A stretch of 64,000 bases of DNA, from the NCBI RefSeq assembly GCF_009914755.1, contig NC_060929.1; one strand, 5' to 3'. Under the pieces are notes generated by a model. The model saw nothing but the letters and a program-made list of their open reading frames with translations, was not told the DNA's origin and did not search any database. Made by a program: the position numbers and the translations under genes. Origin of the DNA: the human T2T-CHM13v2.0 reference genome, Homo sapiens. Positions 1-48,339 of the stretch are shown here, one piece after another. Positions within the stretch are counted from its first letter, which is position 1, and every line of letters begins with the position of its first letter.

Positions 1-1470
<1,470 letters not shown>

Positions 1471-2535
1471 AAAAAGGGGCTGTGAATCATAATGACTTTG
1501 CTAATTGACATTATTTATTTCTGACTGGGGTTGCTCTCTACTTGCTGGTATAAATGCTTGTATCTGTCCTGCTCTTGGAAACTTGTTAGGAATAGGAATA
1601 CTAATTTTTCTATACAGAGTACAGCTCCAGGAAGCTGTGGATTAATAAATGCTTGCTCTCAAAAATAATTTGGGCTGTAGCCTCTAACTTACAGTAAGTA
1701 TAGCCCCTTTATATTCCTCTTTTTCACCTTTAACCACCAGTTAATATGTCAGTACTGTAACTCCAAATATTCAAAGAACCTAGTTAACTTTGCAAAACTG
1801 CTATGTAAACATGGTAGCAATAGTTTGTGTGTATTTAGCAAAACAGAGTTAAACACAGTACTTGTATTTATGAAAACAAATAAAAAGGCAAAAAAAAACC
1901 CCAACAACCTATATTTATATAAAACAGATTCCAATTCAAGAAGGTAAACTTAGCATGTAGGTTTGTCATTCTTCTTAAGATACTAATGAAGCGATAAAGA
2001 ATTTAAAAGAGTATAAATCCATAGTCACAAAGATGATGAGGCATGATTTGGGCATCAGCAGTTGAGAGATTTCAACACATTTCTGGGAGATGAAAAGAGA
2101 ACATGAATTGTAGACAGAGGGAGTGGAGTAGGGGGTTATGTGTGGGAGCAGACTCTGGAGGAGTGAGACTTCTCCGCCCAGACAGGGTGTGGACTGGAGT
2201 CTGCATGAGAGGAGAGGAAAACAGAGAAAGGGACTGAAAATAGGATGCTAAACACCGAGATTTTCAAAATGCTGTGGATAATTTTTTAGGACCTAGAATT
2301 CCTTATCATCTAAACCAGGTATCAAAAGTAAAGGCAGATAATGACATTTTCAAACTGCCAGGATTCAGCACGTTTACTTACTACATACTCTTTCTTAATG
2401 AAGTTCCTTGAGGATGCACTTCAATAAAAAAAAAAGGAGCGGGGAGTGGAGTGGGGGAGGAAATTGAGAAAGAAAAATATGAGGCAATGAAGAAACAAGC
2501 CAGGTTGAGAGCTATACAAATTATAACAAATGTCA

Positions 2536-4308
<1,773 letters not shown>

Positions 4309-4637
4309 TCAGTTTGCTTTTGAGAAATGATTACGGTCATTTCCTTTAAGTGGTTAGTTCAGTGAATTATAGCTTTTTGTTAATTTGATTTCACAGCACA
4401 GTTTTGAAAATCACCCCAAAAAGTACTGCATGGCTTGAGCTGGCTTTTAACAGAATAAAATTCAATTCTGCTTTGAAGTCTTTATGACCTCCTTTACAGA
4501 AATGGTGACATTGTGGGGTTCTGAGCGCACCCTGAAATCACAGGTCTTGTGTGACACTGTGAAAATTACCCAGAACCCTGGGCACCCACTCCTCCACTAC
4601 GGAAGTCACCAATGCTGGCAAATAGCATAACGGGCTT

Positions 4638-4657
4638 GTGGCGCCCCCTACTGTCCA
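4638..4657 (-). promoter_or_regulatory. Candidate CTCF site
   Basis: Minus strand reads TGGACAGTAGGGGGCGCCAC, close to the CTCF core consensus, in non-repetitive DNA. Confidence 0.65.
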
Positions 4658-4876
4658 CTAGGCAAACTGCATCACCTTCCTGAGCTACGTTCCAGGGTGA
4701 AGTTAAAAAAGAAATCTGCACTTGGAAAGACTGCATGAAGGCAGTGTCAGGCACGTGTATTTATTTACGTTCTTTAATCAATAGATATGATTTCCAAAAT
4801 TATTTACATAACAATTTGGGAAATTTGAACGTAAGATGGATATTAGATGATTTGGGAATATTAAGTAATTTTCAAG

Positions 4877-10727
<5,851 letters not shown>

Positions 10728-11266
10728 TGTTAGAGGCCTTTGAACTAGAGCAACTCCATCTTCAGTAGGGGCTGGGTAAAATAAGGCTGAGTCCTACTGG
10801 GCTGCATTCCCAGTTAGGCATTCTAAGTCACAGGATGAGATAGGAGACCAGCACAAGATACAGGTCATAAAGACTTTGCTGATAAAACAGGTTGCAGTAA
10901 GGAAGCCGGCCAAAACCCACCAAAACCAAGATGGTGATGATCGTCCTTACTGCTACACTCCCATTAGCACCATGACAGTTTACAAATGCCATGGCAACGT
11001 CAGGAAGTTACCCTATAGGGTCTAAAAAAGGGGAGGCATGAATAATCCACCCCTTGTTTAGCATATCATCAAGAAATAACCATAAAAATGGGCAACCAGC
11101 AGCCCTTGGGGCCGCTCTGTCTGTGGAGTAGCCATTCTTTGGTTACTCTACTTTGCTAATAAACTTGCTTTCACTTTTCTCTAGGGACCTGCTCTGAATT
11201 CTTTCTTGTGCAAAATCCAAGAACCCGCTCTTGGGGTATGGATCAGGACCCCCCCTTCTTGTAACA
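10728..11266 (+). mobile_element. MER41A-type 5' LTR (ERV1)
   Basis: TGTTAGAGGC...GTAACA termini, MER41 motifs (agcaactccatctt, ctgcattcccag, aaaacccaccaaaaccaagatgg), AATAAA at about 11158. Confidence 0.88.
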
Positions 11267-12572
<1,306 letters not shown>

Positions 12573-12751
12573 TAAAAAAAAATGATGGTATTTCCACATA
12601 ATGAAAGGTTATACAGCAATGAGAATGAATAAGCTACAACTATAAACCACAACCGGAATGAATCTCACAATGTGAGGACCAAAAGAAGCCAGACAAAAAA
12701 AGAGTACGTAGTTTACGATTCTACTTGTGTAATGTAAAGGTCAAAACTTTA

Positions 12752-12889
<138 letters not shown>

Positions 12890-12931
12890 TTAGCCAGGCA
12901 TGGTGGCAGATGCCTGTAATCCAGCTACTCA

Positions 12932-13072
<141 letters not shown>

Positions 13073-13096
13073 CTAATCCAGTTTTAAAGTTCTTGA

Positions 13097-13399
<303 letters not shown>

Positions 13400-13421
13400 T
13401 AGAAGTTAGAACAGTTGTTAC

Positions 13422-14433
13422 TGTTGACGAAAAGAGTCAAACTCTGTAAAATATTTAAAGAGGTTTACTCTGAGCCGAATATGAGTGACCATGGCCCAAG
13501 AGACACTCTCAAGAGGTCCTGAGAAATGTGTCCGAGGTGGTTCAGTTACAGCTTAGTTTTGTATGTTTTAGGGAAACATAAGACATCAATCAATACATGT
13601 GAGGCATACATTGGTTCAATCTAGAAAGGCAGCACAACTCAAGTCGGGAACTGTGCTTCTAGGTGACAGGTAGGTTCAAAGATTTTCTGATTGGCAATTG
13701 GTTGAAAGAGTTATTACCTAGAGACCTGGAATCAATAGAAAGGAGGGTTTGGGTTAAGATAAGGACTTGTGGAGACTTCAAGGTTCTTATTATGTAGATA
13801 AAGTCTCCTAGGTGGCCACCCTTAGAGGCAAGAGATGGCAAATGTTTTCTATTTAGAACTTTAAAAGGTGCTGGTCTCTCAGCCAGTCTCTTCAGGATCG
13901 GAAAAAGACTTGGAAAGGGAAGGGGATTCTCTATAGAAAGTAAATTTCTCCCACGAGATACAGTTTTGCAGAGCCATTTAAAAATACGTCAAAGTCGATC
14001 CTTTTGTAGTTCAAGAGCATAATGATCGGGCGTTCACATGCGTGTGTCAGATGTGCCACCCTCGAACCTTGTTAGGATGTTGGCACATTACCTGTCTGAC
14101 ATAAAAGGAAAATAATAAATAAAAATATGTCAAAGGAATATATTCTGGGGCAAAAGATTTTTATTCCTTTCAGGATCTGCTATCTGTCGTGTGATGCTAT
14201 ACTAGAATCAGGTTGGAATTTGGTATTTTATTGCTACAAAGAATCTGCTTTGTCAGTCATAAGATCTCTGTTTTAATGTTAATGCTGGTCAGCTGTGCCT
14301 GAATTCCAAAGGGAGGAGAGTATAATGAGGCATATGAGACCCTCATACCCGGGTTTGAAATCCCCTTGGTGGAGAGGAAGGGGTCTGTTTAGTCATTTGG
14401 GGGAGGAGCTTATAATTTCATTTTTGGCTCACA
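13422..14433 (-). mobile_element. MER4-family solo LTR (ERV1)
   Basis: TG...CA termini, 4-bp TSD TTAC (13418-13421 / 14434-14437), MER4 motif gtcaaactctgtaaaatattt...ctgagccgaatatgagtgaccatggccc. Confidence 0.8.
13998..14100 (+). pseudogene. U13 snoRNA (SNORD13-like) processed retrocopy
   Basis: ATCCTTTTGTAGTTCA...GATGTGCCACCCTCGAACCTTGTTA...GGCACATTACCTGTCTGAC follows U13 end to end. A-rich tail at 14101-14120 and 15-bp TSD. Box C decayed (ATAATGA), box D CTGA intact. Confidence 0.9.
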
Positions 14434-15122
14434 TTACCCTGGTGGGAATTCGTGACTGGAAGACAGCACGAGGGAGTCTTCCAGGATTCTGGTAGCATTC
14501 TGATTCTTGATTTGAATTCTGGTTCTATGGATATGAATTTTATAAAAATTCATGAAACTGCAAACTTATCATATGTACACTTTTTTTTTTTCTTGAGACA
14601 GAGTCTCACTCTATCATCCAGGCTGCAGTGCAGTGGCATAGTCTTGGCTCACCGCAAACTCTGCTTTGCGGATTCAAGCGATTCTGGTGCCTCAGACTCT
14701 TGAGTAGCTGGGACTACAGGCGTGCACCACCATGCCTGGCAAATTTTTGTAGTTTTAGTAGAGACGGGGTTTTGCCATGTTGGCCAGGCTGGTCTTGAAC
14801 TCCTGACCTCAAGTGATCCACATGCTTCAGCCTTTCAAAGTTCTGGGATTAAAGGCATGAGACACTGCACCTGGCTGACATGTACACTTTTTGTAGGTAT
14901 GTGATACTTCAATAATTTTACATATATTTTAAAAATTAAATAAATGTATGTATTTTAAAACCTAGCCTCATGTGCATACACACAAAAAAATAATTACATC
15001 ATATAGAACTTCATAAAGAATGTCCAAAATTTAGAAACACACATACACACACGTGTGCAAACACACACATGCACAGTTAGGAGAAAGAGAGATCCTGGTA
15101 GTGTGATAGAAAAAAGAGGTTC

Positions 15123-19048
<3,926 letters not shown>

Positions 19049-19090
19049 TTTTTTTAGACAGAGTCTAGTTCTGTCACCCAGGCTGGTGTG

Positions 19091-20290
<1,200 letters not shown>

Positions 20291-22312
20291 CAATATGAAG
20301 AAGATGTGAAAATATTATACCTTTAAAACAAGGCAGAAAGAAGGAAGCAAGGATGCTGAGCTCATGAGTGCAATGTTAGTCACCTAGCACACAAAGGAGT
20401 GAAAGCCAGATAAAATAATCCAGAAAACCATGTGTCTTTCGAAAATAAATCTAGGATTAGAATAGGACAGACTGAAAAGTAATAACTGTTGATCCATCTA
20501 AACCAGATATATAATCTCCTGACAAATAGAGCAGGAGGTATGAATAGGAGGACATTTTAGTTGTTTAACTGGTGAAATGTTAGGGGGTGGAAGGGGGAAA
20601 GAGTGGCACAGGCTAAATCGGCTAGATGACTCAGAAAATGAATTTGTTTTCAGATAATTGCTTCCTAACGTAGCAATGATGCAGCTCTTAGTCATTCCAA
20701 TAGCAAACAGCCATTCTGATAGCAATTCCACAGAGACAGCAAACCAGCTAGAACAAAAGACTGCTCCACCCACAACAAGGACTCTGGTGGGAAAAAGTTC
20801 CTAGTGAATGAATCCAACATAATTGACTCTGAGCTGCTCTTGTGTCAAAGACAGGCTATGAGAAACTGGCATGGATGGGAACAGCTTCAGACATTGGCTT
20901 CCTGTTGTGTCTTCTTGCTGCTGTGAAATGAGGCTCTAAGATAAACAGAGCAGAGGCACATCTGGAGAGGAAGGTTACCAGAAGGGTGATGTCACTAGCA
21001 GCAAATCAGAACCCCATCTTTCAGCCTAGCAGGGATTTGAAGGATTTGTATCATAGTATGCAAGGGGCTTCCAGCACTGCATGGCCTCTATCTTTAATCA
21101 AAGTCAGAAGCCTACAGGCAGGAGTGGGCTGAGCTTCTCATGTGTGCTCACATCGTGCTGGTGAGCCACTGAAGGCCTGATAGGAGGAGAGTAAGACTCA
21201 AAAACTCTGCTTAAAATCCAGATGTGTAAATGAGACGTACTCTATTAAAGAGGACAAGAATCAAACATAGGAAAACTATTATACCACTAAGATGACACAA
21301 GGCCCAAGCTGAAGTGCTTAGAAGTTTGTGGATATGAATTAACATATTTTTTTTCTTGAGTTAGCATGTGATTCCTACTCTTTGAGAAAGGTGGCTTTAG
21401 CCATGAGCTTGTACTGTTGGTGGGACTTGCTGTTTAATCAGTCAACAAATCACCAATGGGCACAGCTGTGTGCTAAACGCCAACAGGAATATAAAAGCAC
21501 AGCATCCCTGATCTTAAAGGGTTTTTGCAGTTCTGCTGGGAAAATTAAACAAGCAGGAAACATCAGCATTCCAATGCAGTAAAAGCATATTGTGTACTCT
21601 TGCCTGTTGCTGCTACAGGAGTTTATTAATTCATCCACTCAACTAATAGTTATTGAATGTCTGCTTGGTGCCAAGCATGCTTCTGGGATACAGCAGTGAA
21701 CAAACCAACACCAAATCTCTGCCTCATAGAGCTTACATAGGGTTGGGGAAGGTCAGACGCATTGGAGATATCTACTAGACACCAAGGTGGAGATCAGATT
21801 GATGAGGGTGGAGCTCAGGGAAGAGATCTGGACCAGAATTCAGAACTCAGAAGATGTAAACACCAGAGTGGGCTGGAGATGCTTCAGGGAGCAGGGAAGA
21901 CTTGAATGGGGCCCGTTTCACAACAGCAACAAAAGCCTCTTTCACCAGTTCTCTAGGCCAAGGCCCAAGCCCTCCTGGTTTATCTACTGCCTCTTTTCCC
22001 CACTTCTCCTTATCAGTTTCCTCTTTCCGGCCCATTTTCTTCATTCCCATCTGTCTTCTTCCCTTCCCCGTCTGCTTCCTTCATCTCTTCCTTGGATGGT
22101 TCCCTTCCTGCTTCCTTGATTCTATTCTCACCCCACTATGTTCCATAATGAATAAGAAAAATCAATTAAGCAAAAAATTATTCTGACCAAAGATGATAGG
22201 AAAGGAAAGAATTCTTAGAGGATCACCCCTTGAGAGAGAATTCAGTCTGTGTTAATTCTTTCAATCTGAGTAAAGTCTTCCAGGCTCCTGAGCTTGCCTT
22301 TCTGTGTGATAT

Positions 22313-23503
<1,191 letters not shown>

Positions 23504-23606
23504 ATATTATCAGATCCTAAAACACAATCTTAGAAATAGCTGCTCTTTCAAAACACTAGACATATATTCAAAGCCATAGAAATGTGAATGCTGACTTCAT
23601 TGTTAA

Positions 23607-35476
<11,870 letters not shown>

Positions 35477-35691
35477 TTAATATCAACCCTGATTTACAGA
35501 TAAAAAAAACTGAGGCACAGAGAGGCAAATTTGCCCAAGGTCACACAGCTCATAAACAATGGAGTTGAGATTCCAACCCAAGCAGTTTTGCCCAGGAGTC
35601 CCAGCTCTTAGCCAGTGTGGCTAAGTTGCCTTTGTTATTCTGTCCAACTCAGTTATTCTGATATAAAACTCCCTTTGAGGATGGAAATGAC

Positions 35692-36186
35692 TGTCAATGG
35701 AAAAAAAAAACAACAAAAGCTTTTAAAGATTTAAAGTTAGTTTTATTCAGAAGTCTTACTGAGGGCTATAGACCAAGGCCTGTAGCCCAGGAGCAGTTCT
35801 ATGAGACTGCTGGGGCACAGTATCTCAGCCCATGGCTCATATACAGGCGGTGGGGGTTCAATATGTTCAAAGTCACATGAGACTTGCTCAGAAGTTGCAT
35901 TCAAGCAGAATCACATTGACGTTTCGGTGTAAGAGCACAACTGGTTATAGATTACAGAGGCATCATCACTGACCTTGTCAGAGGTTATCTTATGTGTAGG
36001 CAAAGACAAACACTGCGGTCATTTATCTTTTAAGGAATATAGTGACTCAGGCAAGAGATGTCCTGTTTTGTCTTCTAAGCATCTTTCCAGAGAGCTGTGT
36101 GTAGACACAGAGTCAGGAGCTTCGAGAAATTAAGCAAGCAGAAATGAGCAAACATGACTTCTTAACATTTGCTACTTTGTCTCATA
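35692..36186 (-). mobile_element. Solo ERV1-type LTR, family not confidently assigned
   Basis: 495 bp, starts TGTCAA, ends CTCATA (decayed CA), 4-bp TSD TGAC (35688-35691 / 36187-36190), minus-strand AATAAA at about 35742. It interrupts one arm of an inverted repeat. Confidence 0.75.
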
Positions 36187-36584
36187 TGACTCACCAAGGA
36201 AGAAGGGATTTTAGCATCTGACAAGCCAGCTGTAGCTTTGAAGACTGTTTAGGGAGCCTGCTGGGCACTGAGTAATAAGCAATTTGCATCGCACTTCTGT
36301 AGTATCTTGCATCTTGGTTTCTCTTCCCATCCTCCTCTTCATAGCTCCCTCCTCTTTTGGCTCATCCACCGCTAACTTAGTCTTTGATGCTTTTACTTTG
36401 ACCCCCAGGACTTTCCTGTTGGAGTGAGCAGGTCGGTTTTCTTTGAGCTGTGCAGCAGCAGTCTCCTTGGCTAAACTCAATCCAGCACAGGACCACTCCC
36501 AAGAAAGGAGCTGCTCAATATGGGCAGAGAGGTGGGGAGTGATGGGGGGTAGAGACTGAAAATCAGATTTTAAGAATAGAAGCA

Positions 36585-36931
<347 letters not shown>

Positions 36932-38569
36932 TCAAGGTTGAGGTGGGGGATTCACTTGAGTCCAGGATTTTGAGGCTGCAGTGGATATAACATGCCACTA
37001 TACTCTATTAAAAATAAAAAATAACAATTAAAAAAAAAAGAATAGGAGTAGCTCTAGACCAAGGTTGTGTATCCTGGCCAATGAAATAGAGTCTTTACAC
37101 AACCTGTCTTTTCCACAGGCTAAGTTCAGTGGGCCCCGAGCTATTCAAAACTCAACACTTTTGCAATAAAAATAAAAGTTCCTTTAGTACCTTCCACGTT
37201 ACCAAGCCCATTTAGAGTTCTGATCTCCTTTGGCTTCAACAACAACCCTGGGAGGTATTCCTGGGAGAACACAGAGGTCTCCCAGTCTTCAAAGCTACAC
37301 ACTTCACTTGTCAGACACTAAAATTCCTCACTCTTTGGTGAGTCATTTGCATTTCTAAAGTGAGTTTCCTTTCAGAATAGCTGGGCTGAAATGTGGTTGT
37401 AAGTGACTGGGCATTAGAGCTGGCAGAACACAACAGAGACTGTATGCACTTTCAACTCCAGACTCTTCCACGACCTCTTTCTACCTCTCAGACGAGGTAG
37501 TGCCTGGCTGCAATTTTTCAAGAACCAAAACTTGAATGACTGCCATCATTAGGCTCTAAAGTCAAAAATTGGCCTGAATTCTCCCCCCAAAGAAATAAGC
37601 ACCTAATATTTTTCTTCGTATGCTGAAAATTCAGGGAAGCTCTGATAACACAACCATTTAGCGTTACATGCAAGAAATGCTTCCACTTAAGGTCAAGAGT
37701 TTGGCATCTGCTTCCTGAAGCCCCTTCTGAATCATGTTATTTCTAACAAGAAGATATGAATTGTCTATATTTCATAAGATATAGTGAAGATTAAGTGAGA
37801 GTTGTTAGTCCATTCATTGTGTTCCCCATACCTGTTAAAATTTTTTCCTTCCAAAATTATTATGCTCTCTGTATTAGACCAATTATAGAAGCAGCTGAGG
37901 ACTTGAGAAGTATTGTAAATAGAACAAATTTTGGCTTTAGCTGGGAAAGGAACAGAGATTCAGTCCCTTCTTATTGAGTCCAGAATTGGTGGTGGATCTG
38001 GATTCAGGAAATCAGGCAGATGTTGGAGCCATTTCACTCCCTGCCCCCACCCCTGGCCCAGCATACACAGCAAAGCTCCAAAGACCCAGGGTGCGTTCTG
38101 CAGGCAGTTCCTTCATATGCTAATGAACAGTTACAAAAGCTGAACAGCAGGACCAAACTGGTTTCTGTGGGCCCAAGCAGCTGGGAATTACTGCCCTACC
38201 CTTCTTCCCAGAGATTTCACAGACCCTCCTTCTTCCACATTCCCACCAGCTGTCCTTAAATTGCCAGGAACCCACCTGTTTTAACTCATCTCTCTCGGCC
38301 TGTGTGGCCCTCAGTTATCTTTCTTATCATATCCCGACACTCTGAGTTCTACAAGCCCCTCTGCCTCTGCTTCCTCTCCTTACCACCCCTTCTCACAGGC
38401 CTTTGTCTTTCCTTCAGGTGCCCCAGGGATTCCAGGCAAACAACAGCGTCTGACCAGCCCCATCAGTACTAAGCACTCTTGAGGGGGTCCCAGTGGCAGA
38501 GCCCATAGCCCGTTAGCCTTTTGAATATTCACAATGTTCTTATAAGGCAGGTAACATATCCCCATTTTA

Positions 38570-40609
<2,040 letters not shown>

Positions 40610-40704
40610 CATTTATTCTTAACTCTACCTGCATGTCACTGAGGTTGGTGGTTGGAAGGATGACCTTTCTATGACAAGAAAAGGAATCAATCAGGTAGAA
40701 GTTG

Positions 40705-41008
40705 TGTTGCAGGACTTATCTTTAGTTCAGCTAAAGACAGGTTCTTTGTTCCATGGCCATGAAAATCCGGGCTCGCAGACAATTTGAATAGTCAGTAAGA
40801 TGGGGTTTTATTGGGTGAAAAGGAAGAAAAGGGGGAAACAGGGATTCTCGCAAGGCCAGAGTCCCTGCTACAGAGCTTCCCGCCTAGCCCTTTGAATCCC
40901 AGTTTCCACACAGGAAGAGGAAGGGCCATGCTCCTCCCTGCTGCAAACTTCTCGAAGCTTCATCTCATTGGGCAGGCTGGTTGGAGTTTCTCCCACCTGG
41001 CTGTCTCA
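40705..41008 (-). mobile_element. Short solo ERV1 LTR (MER48/LTR21-like)
   Basis: Reverse strand begins TGAGACAGCCAGGTGGGAGAAACTCCAACCAGCCTGC; TG..CA termini; GTTG duplicated on both flanks. Confidence 0.7.
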
Positions 41009-41420
41009 GTTGTAGGTGGAAGAAATAGAAAGGGGAAAATGGGGAGAGTAGGAGGGTGCAATCCTACCACTACAGCTACTTATGTGGGCATCTCAGCCCC
41101 TGCAGATCAACCTTTCCCATCTCTTTAATTAGCATGTGGCATAATGACTACTCTCCACACCTCAGCCCATCATGTACTTACTTCATTAAGTAATCGCTAG
41201 CACATATGCTGTCGCCTGACTCTTCATGAGGGGCGAGGTGCCAGTTCTGCACCCTAGAGCAGTATCATTTTTCAGAAGGTGAGATTGCTATTGTGGCTGC
41301 ATTTCCCATGATGTCATGACTAACTCTCTGTCTACACATGTCCCAGTGACACATCACCCAGCCACAATTCCAGCCCCAGTGTGAAAGTCTTCATAACTCT
41401 TTTCCTTAAAAATATTTCTC

Positions 41421-43498
41421 GCCTCTCCCTCTCCCCCTCCCCCTCCCCCTCTCCCTCTCCCCACGGTCTCCCTCTCCCTCTCTTTCCAGGGTCTCCCTCT
41501 GATGCCCAGCCGAAGCTGGACTGTACTGCTGCCATCTCGGCTCACTGCAACCTCCCCGCCTGATTCTCCTGCCTCAGCCTGCAGAGTGCCTGCCATTGCA
41601 GGCACGCGCCGCCACGCCTGACTGGTTTTCGTATTTTTTTGGTGGAGATGGGGTTTCGCTGTGTTGGCCGGGCTAGTCTCCAGCTCCTAACCGCGAGTGA
41701 TCCGCCAGCCTCGGCCTCCGGAGGTGCCGGGATTGCAGACGGTGTCTGGTTCAATCAGTGCTCAATGGTGCCCAGGCTGGAATGCAGTGGCGTGATCTCG
41801 GCTCGCTACAACCTCCACCTCCCAGCCGCCTGCCTTGGCCTCCCAAAGTGCCGAGAGTGCAGCCTCTGCCCGGCCGCCACCCCGTCTGGGAAGTGAGGAG
41901 CGTCTCTGCCTGGCCGCCTATCGTCTGGGACGTGAGGAGCCCCTCTGCGTGGCTGCCCAGTCTGGAAAGTGAGGAGCGTCTCTGCCCGGTCGCCATCCCA
42001 TCTAGGAAGTGAGGAGTGCCTCTTCCCGGCCGCCATCCCATCTAGGAAGTGAGGAGCATCTCTGCCTGGCCGCCCTTCTTCTGAGATGTGGGGAGCGCCT
42101 TTGCCCCACCGCCCTGTCTGGGATGTGAGGAGCGCCTCTGCCAGGCCGCGACCCCGTCTGGGAGGTGAGGAGCGTCTCTGCCCAGCCGCCCCGTCTGAGA
42201 AGGGAGGAGACCCTCCGCCCGGCAACCGCCCCGTCTCAGAAGTGAGGAGCCCTTCCACCCGGCAGTCACCCCGTCTGGGAAGTGAGGAGCGTCTCCGCCA
42301 GGCAGCCACCCCGTCCGGGAGGGAGGTGGGGGTCAGCCCCCACCAGGCCAGCCGCCCCGTCCGGGAGGAAGGTGGGGGGGCCAGCCCCCCGCCCGGCTAG
42401 CCGCCCCGTCTGGGAGGTGAGGGGCGCCTCTGCTCAGCCGCCCCTACTGGGAAGTGAGGAACCCCTCTACCCGGCCAGCCGCTCCGTCCGGGAGGGAGGT
42501 GGGGGGGTCAGACCCCCGCCCGGCCAGCCGCCCCGTGCGGGAGGGAGGTGGGGGGGTCAGCCCCCCGCCCGGCCAGCCGCCTCGTCCGGGAGGTGAGGGG
42601 CGCCTCTGCCCGGCCACCCCTACTGGGAAGTGAGGAGCCCCTCTGCCCGGCCAGCCGCCCCGTCCGGGAGGGAGGTGGGGGGGTCAGCCCCCCGCCTGGC
42701 CAGCCGCCACGTCCGGGAGGGAGGTAGGGGGGTCAGCCCCCTGCCCAGCCAGCCCCCTCGTCCCGGGGGGTGAGGGGCGCCTCTGCCGGGCCGCCCCTAC
42801 TGGGAAGTGAGGAGCCCCTCTGCCCGGCCAGCCGCCCCGTCCGGGAGGGAGGTGGGGGGCGTCAGCCCCCCGCCCGGCCAGCTGCCTCGTCCGGGAGGTG
42901 AGGGGCGCCTCTGCCCGGCCGCCCCTACTGGGAAGTGAGGAGCCCCTCTGCCCGGCCACCACCCCGTCTGGGAGGTGTACCCAACAGCTCATTGAGAACC
43001 GGCCATGATGACAATGGCGGTTTTGTGGAATAGAAAGGGGGGAAATGTGGGGAAAAGATTGAGAAATCGGATGGTTGCCGTGTCTGTGTGGAAAGAAGTA
43101 GACATGGGAGACTTTTCATTTTGTTCTGTACTAAGAAAAATTCTTCTGCCTTGGGATCCTGTTGATCTGTGACCTTACCCCCAACCCTGTGCTCTCTGAA
43201 ACAGGTGCTGTGTCCACTCAGGGTTAAATGGATTAAGGGTGGTGCAAGATGTGCTTTGTTAAACAGATGCTTGAAGGCAGCATGCTCGTTAAGAGTCATC
43301 ACCACTCCCTAATCTCAAGTACCCGGGGACACAAACACTGAGGAAGGCCGCAGGGTCCTCTGCCTAGGAAAACCAGAGACCTTTGTTCACTTGTTTATCT
43401 GCTGACCTTCCCTCCACTATTGTCCTATGACCCTGCCAAATCCCCCTCTGTGAGAAACACCCAAGAATGATCAATAAAAAAAAATAATAATAATTAAA
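41421..43498 (+). mobile_element. Full-length SVA retrotransposon (probably SVA_C/D-type)
   Basis: CCCTCT hexamer head (41422-41485), antisense Alu-like region, GC-rich VNTR (about 41860-42980), SINE-R, AATAAA at 43473, A-tail, TSD AAAAATATTTCTC (41408-41420 / 43499-43511). Confidence 0.97.
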
Positions 43499-43511
43499 AA
43501 AAATATTTCTC

Positions 43512-48330
<4,819 letters not shown>

Positions 48331-48339
48331 TGAAAGTAG

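Noticed and set aside
20300-21600. Largely repeat-free stretch with an AP-1 site at about 20627
   Set aside because: Could be an enhancer, but a single 7-mer is not sufficient support; no exon or RNA structure recognised.
41860-42980. Regularly spaced repeats that superficially resemble a CRISPR array
   Set aside because: SVA VNTR with no unique spacers and no cas genes; the sequence is eukaryotic.
41332-43305. Pro/Arg/Gly-rich ORFs up to 167 aa
   Set aside because: Arise from the stop-poor GC-rich SVA VNTR and SINE-R.
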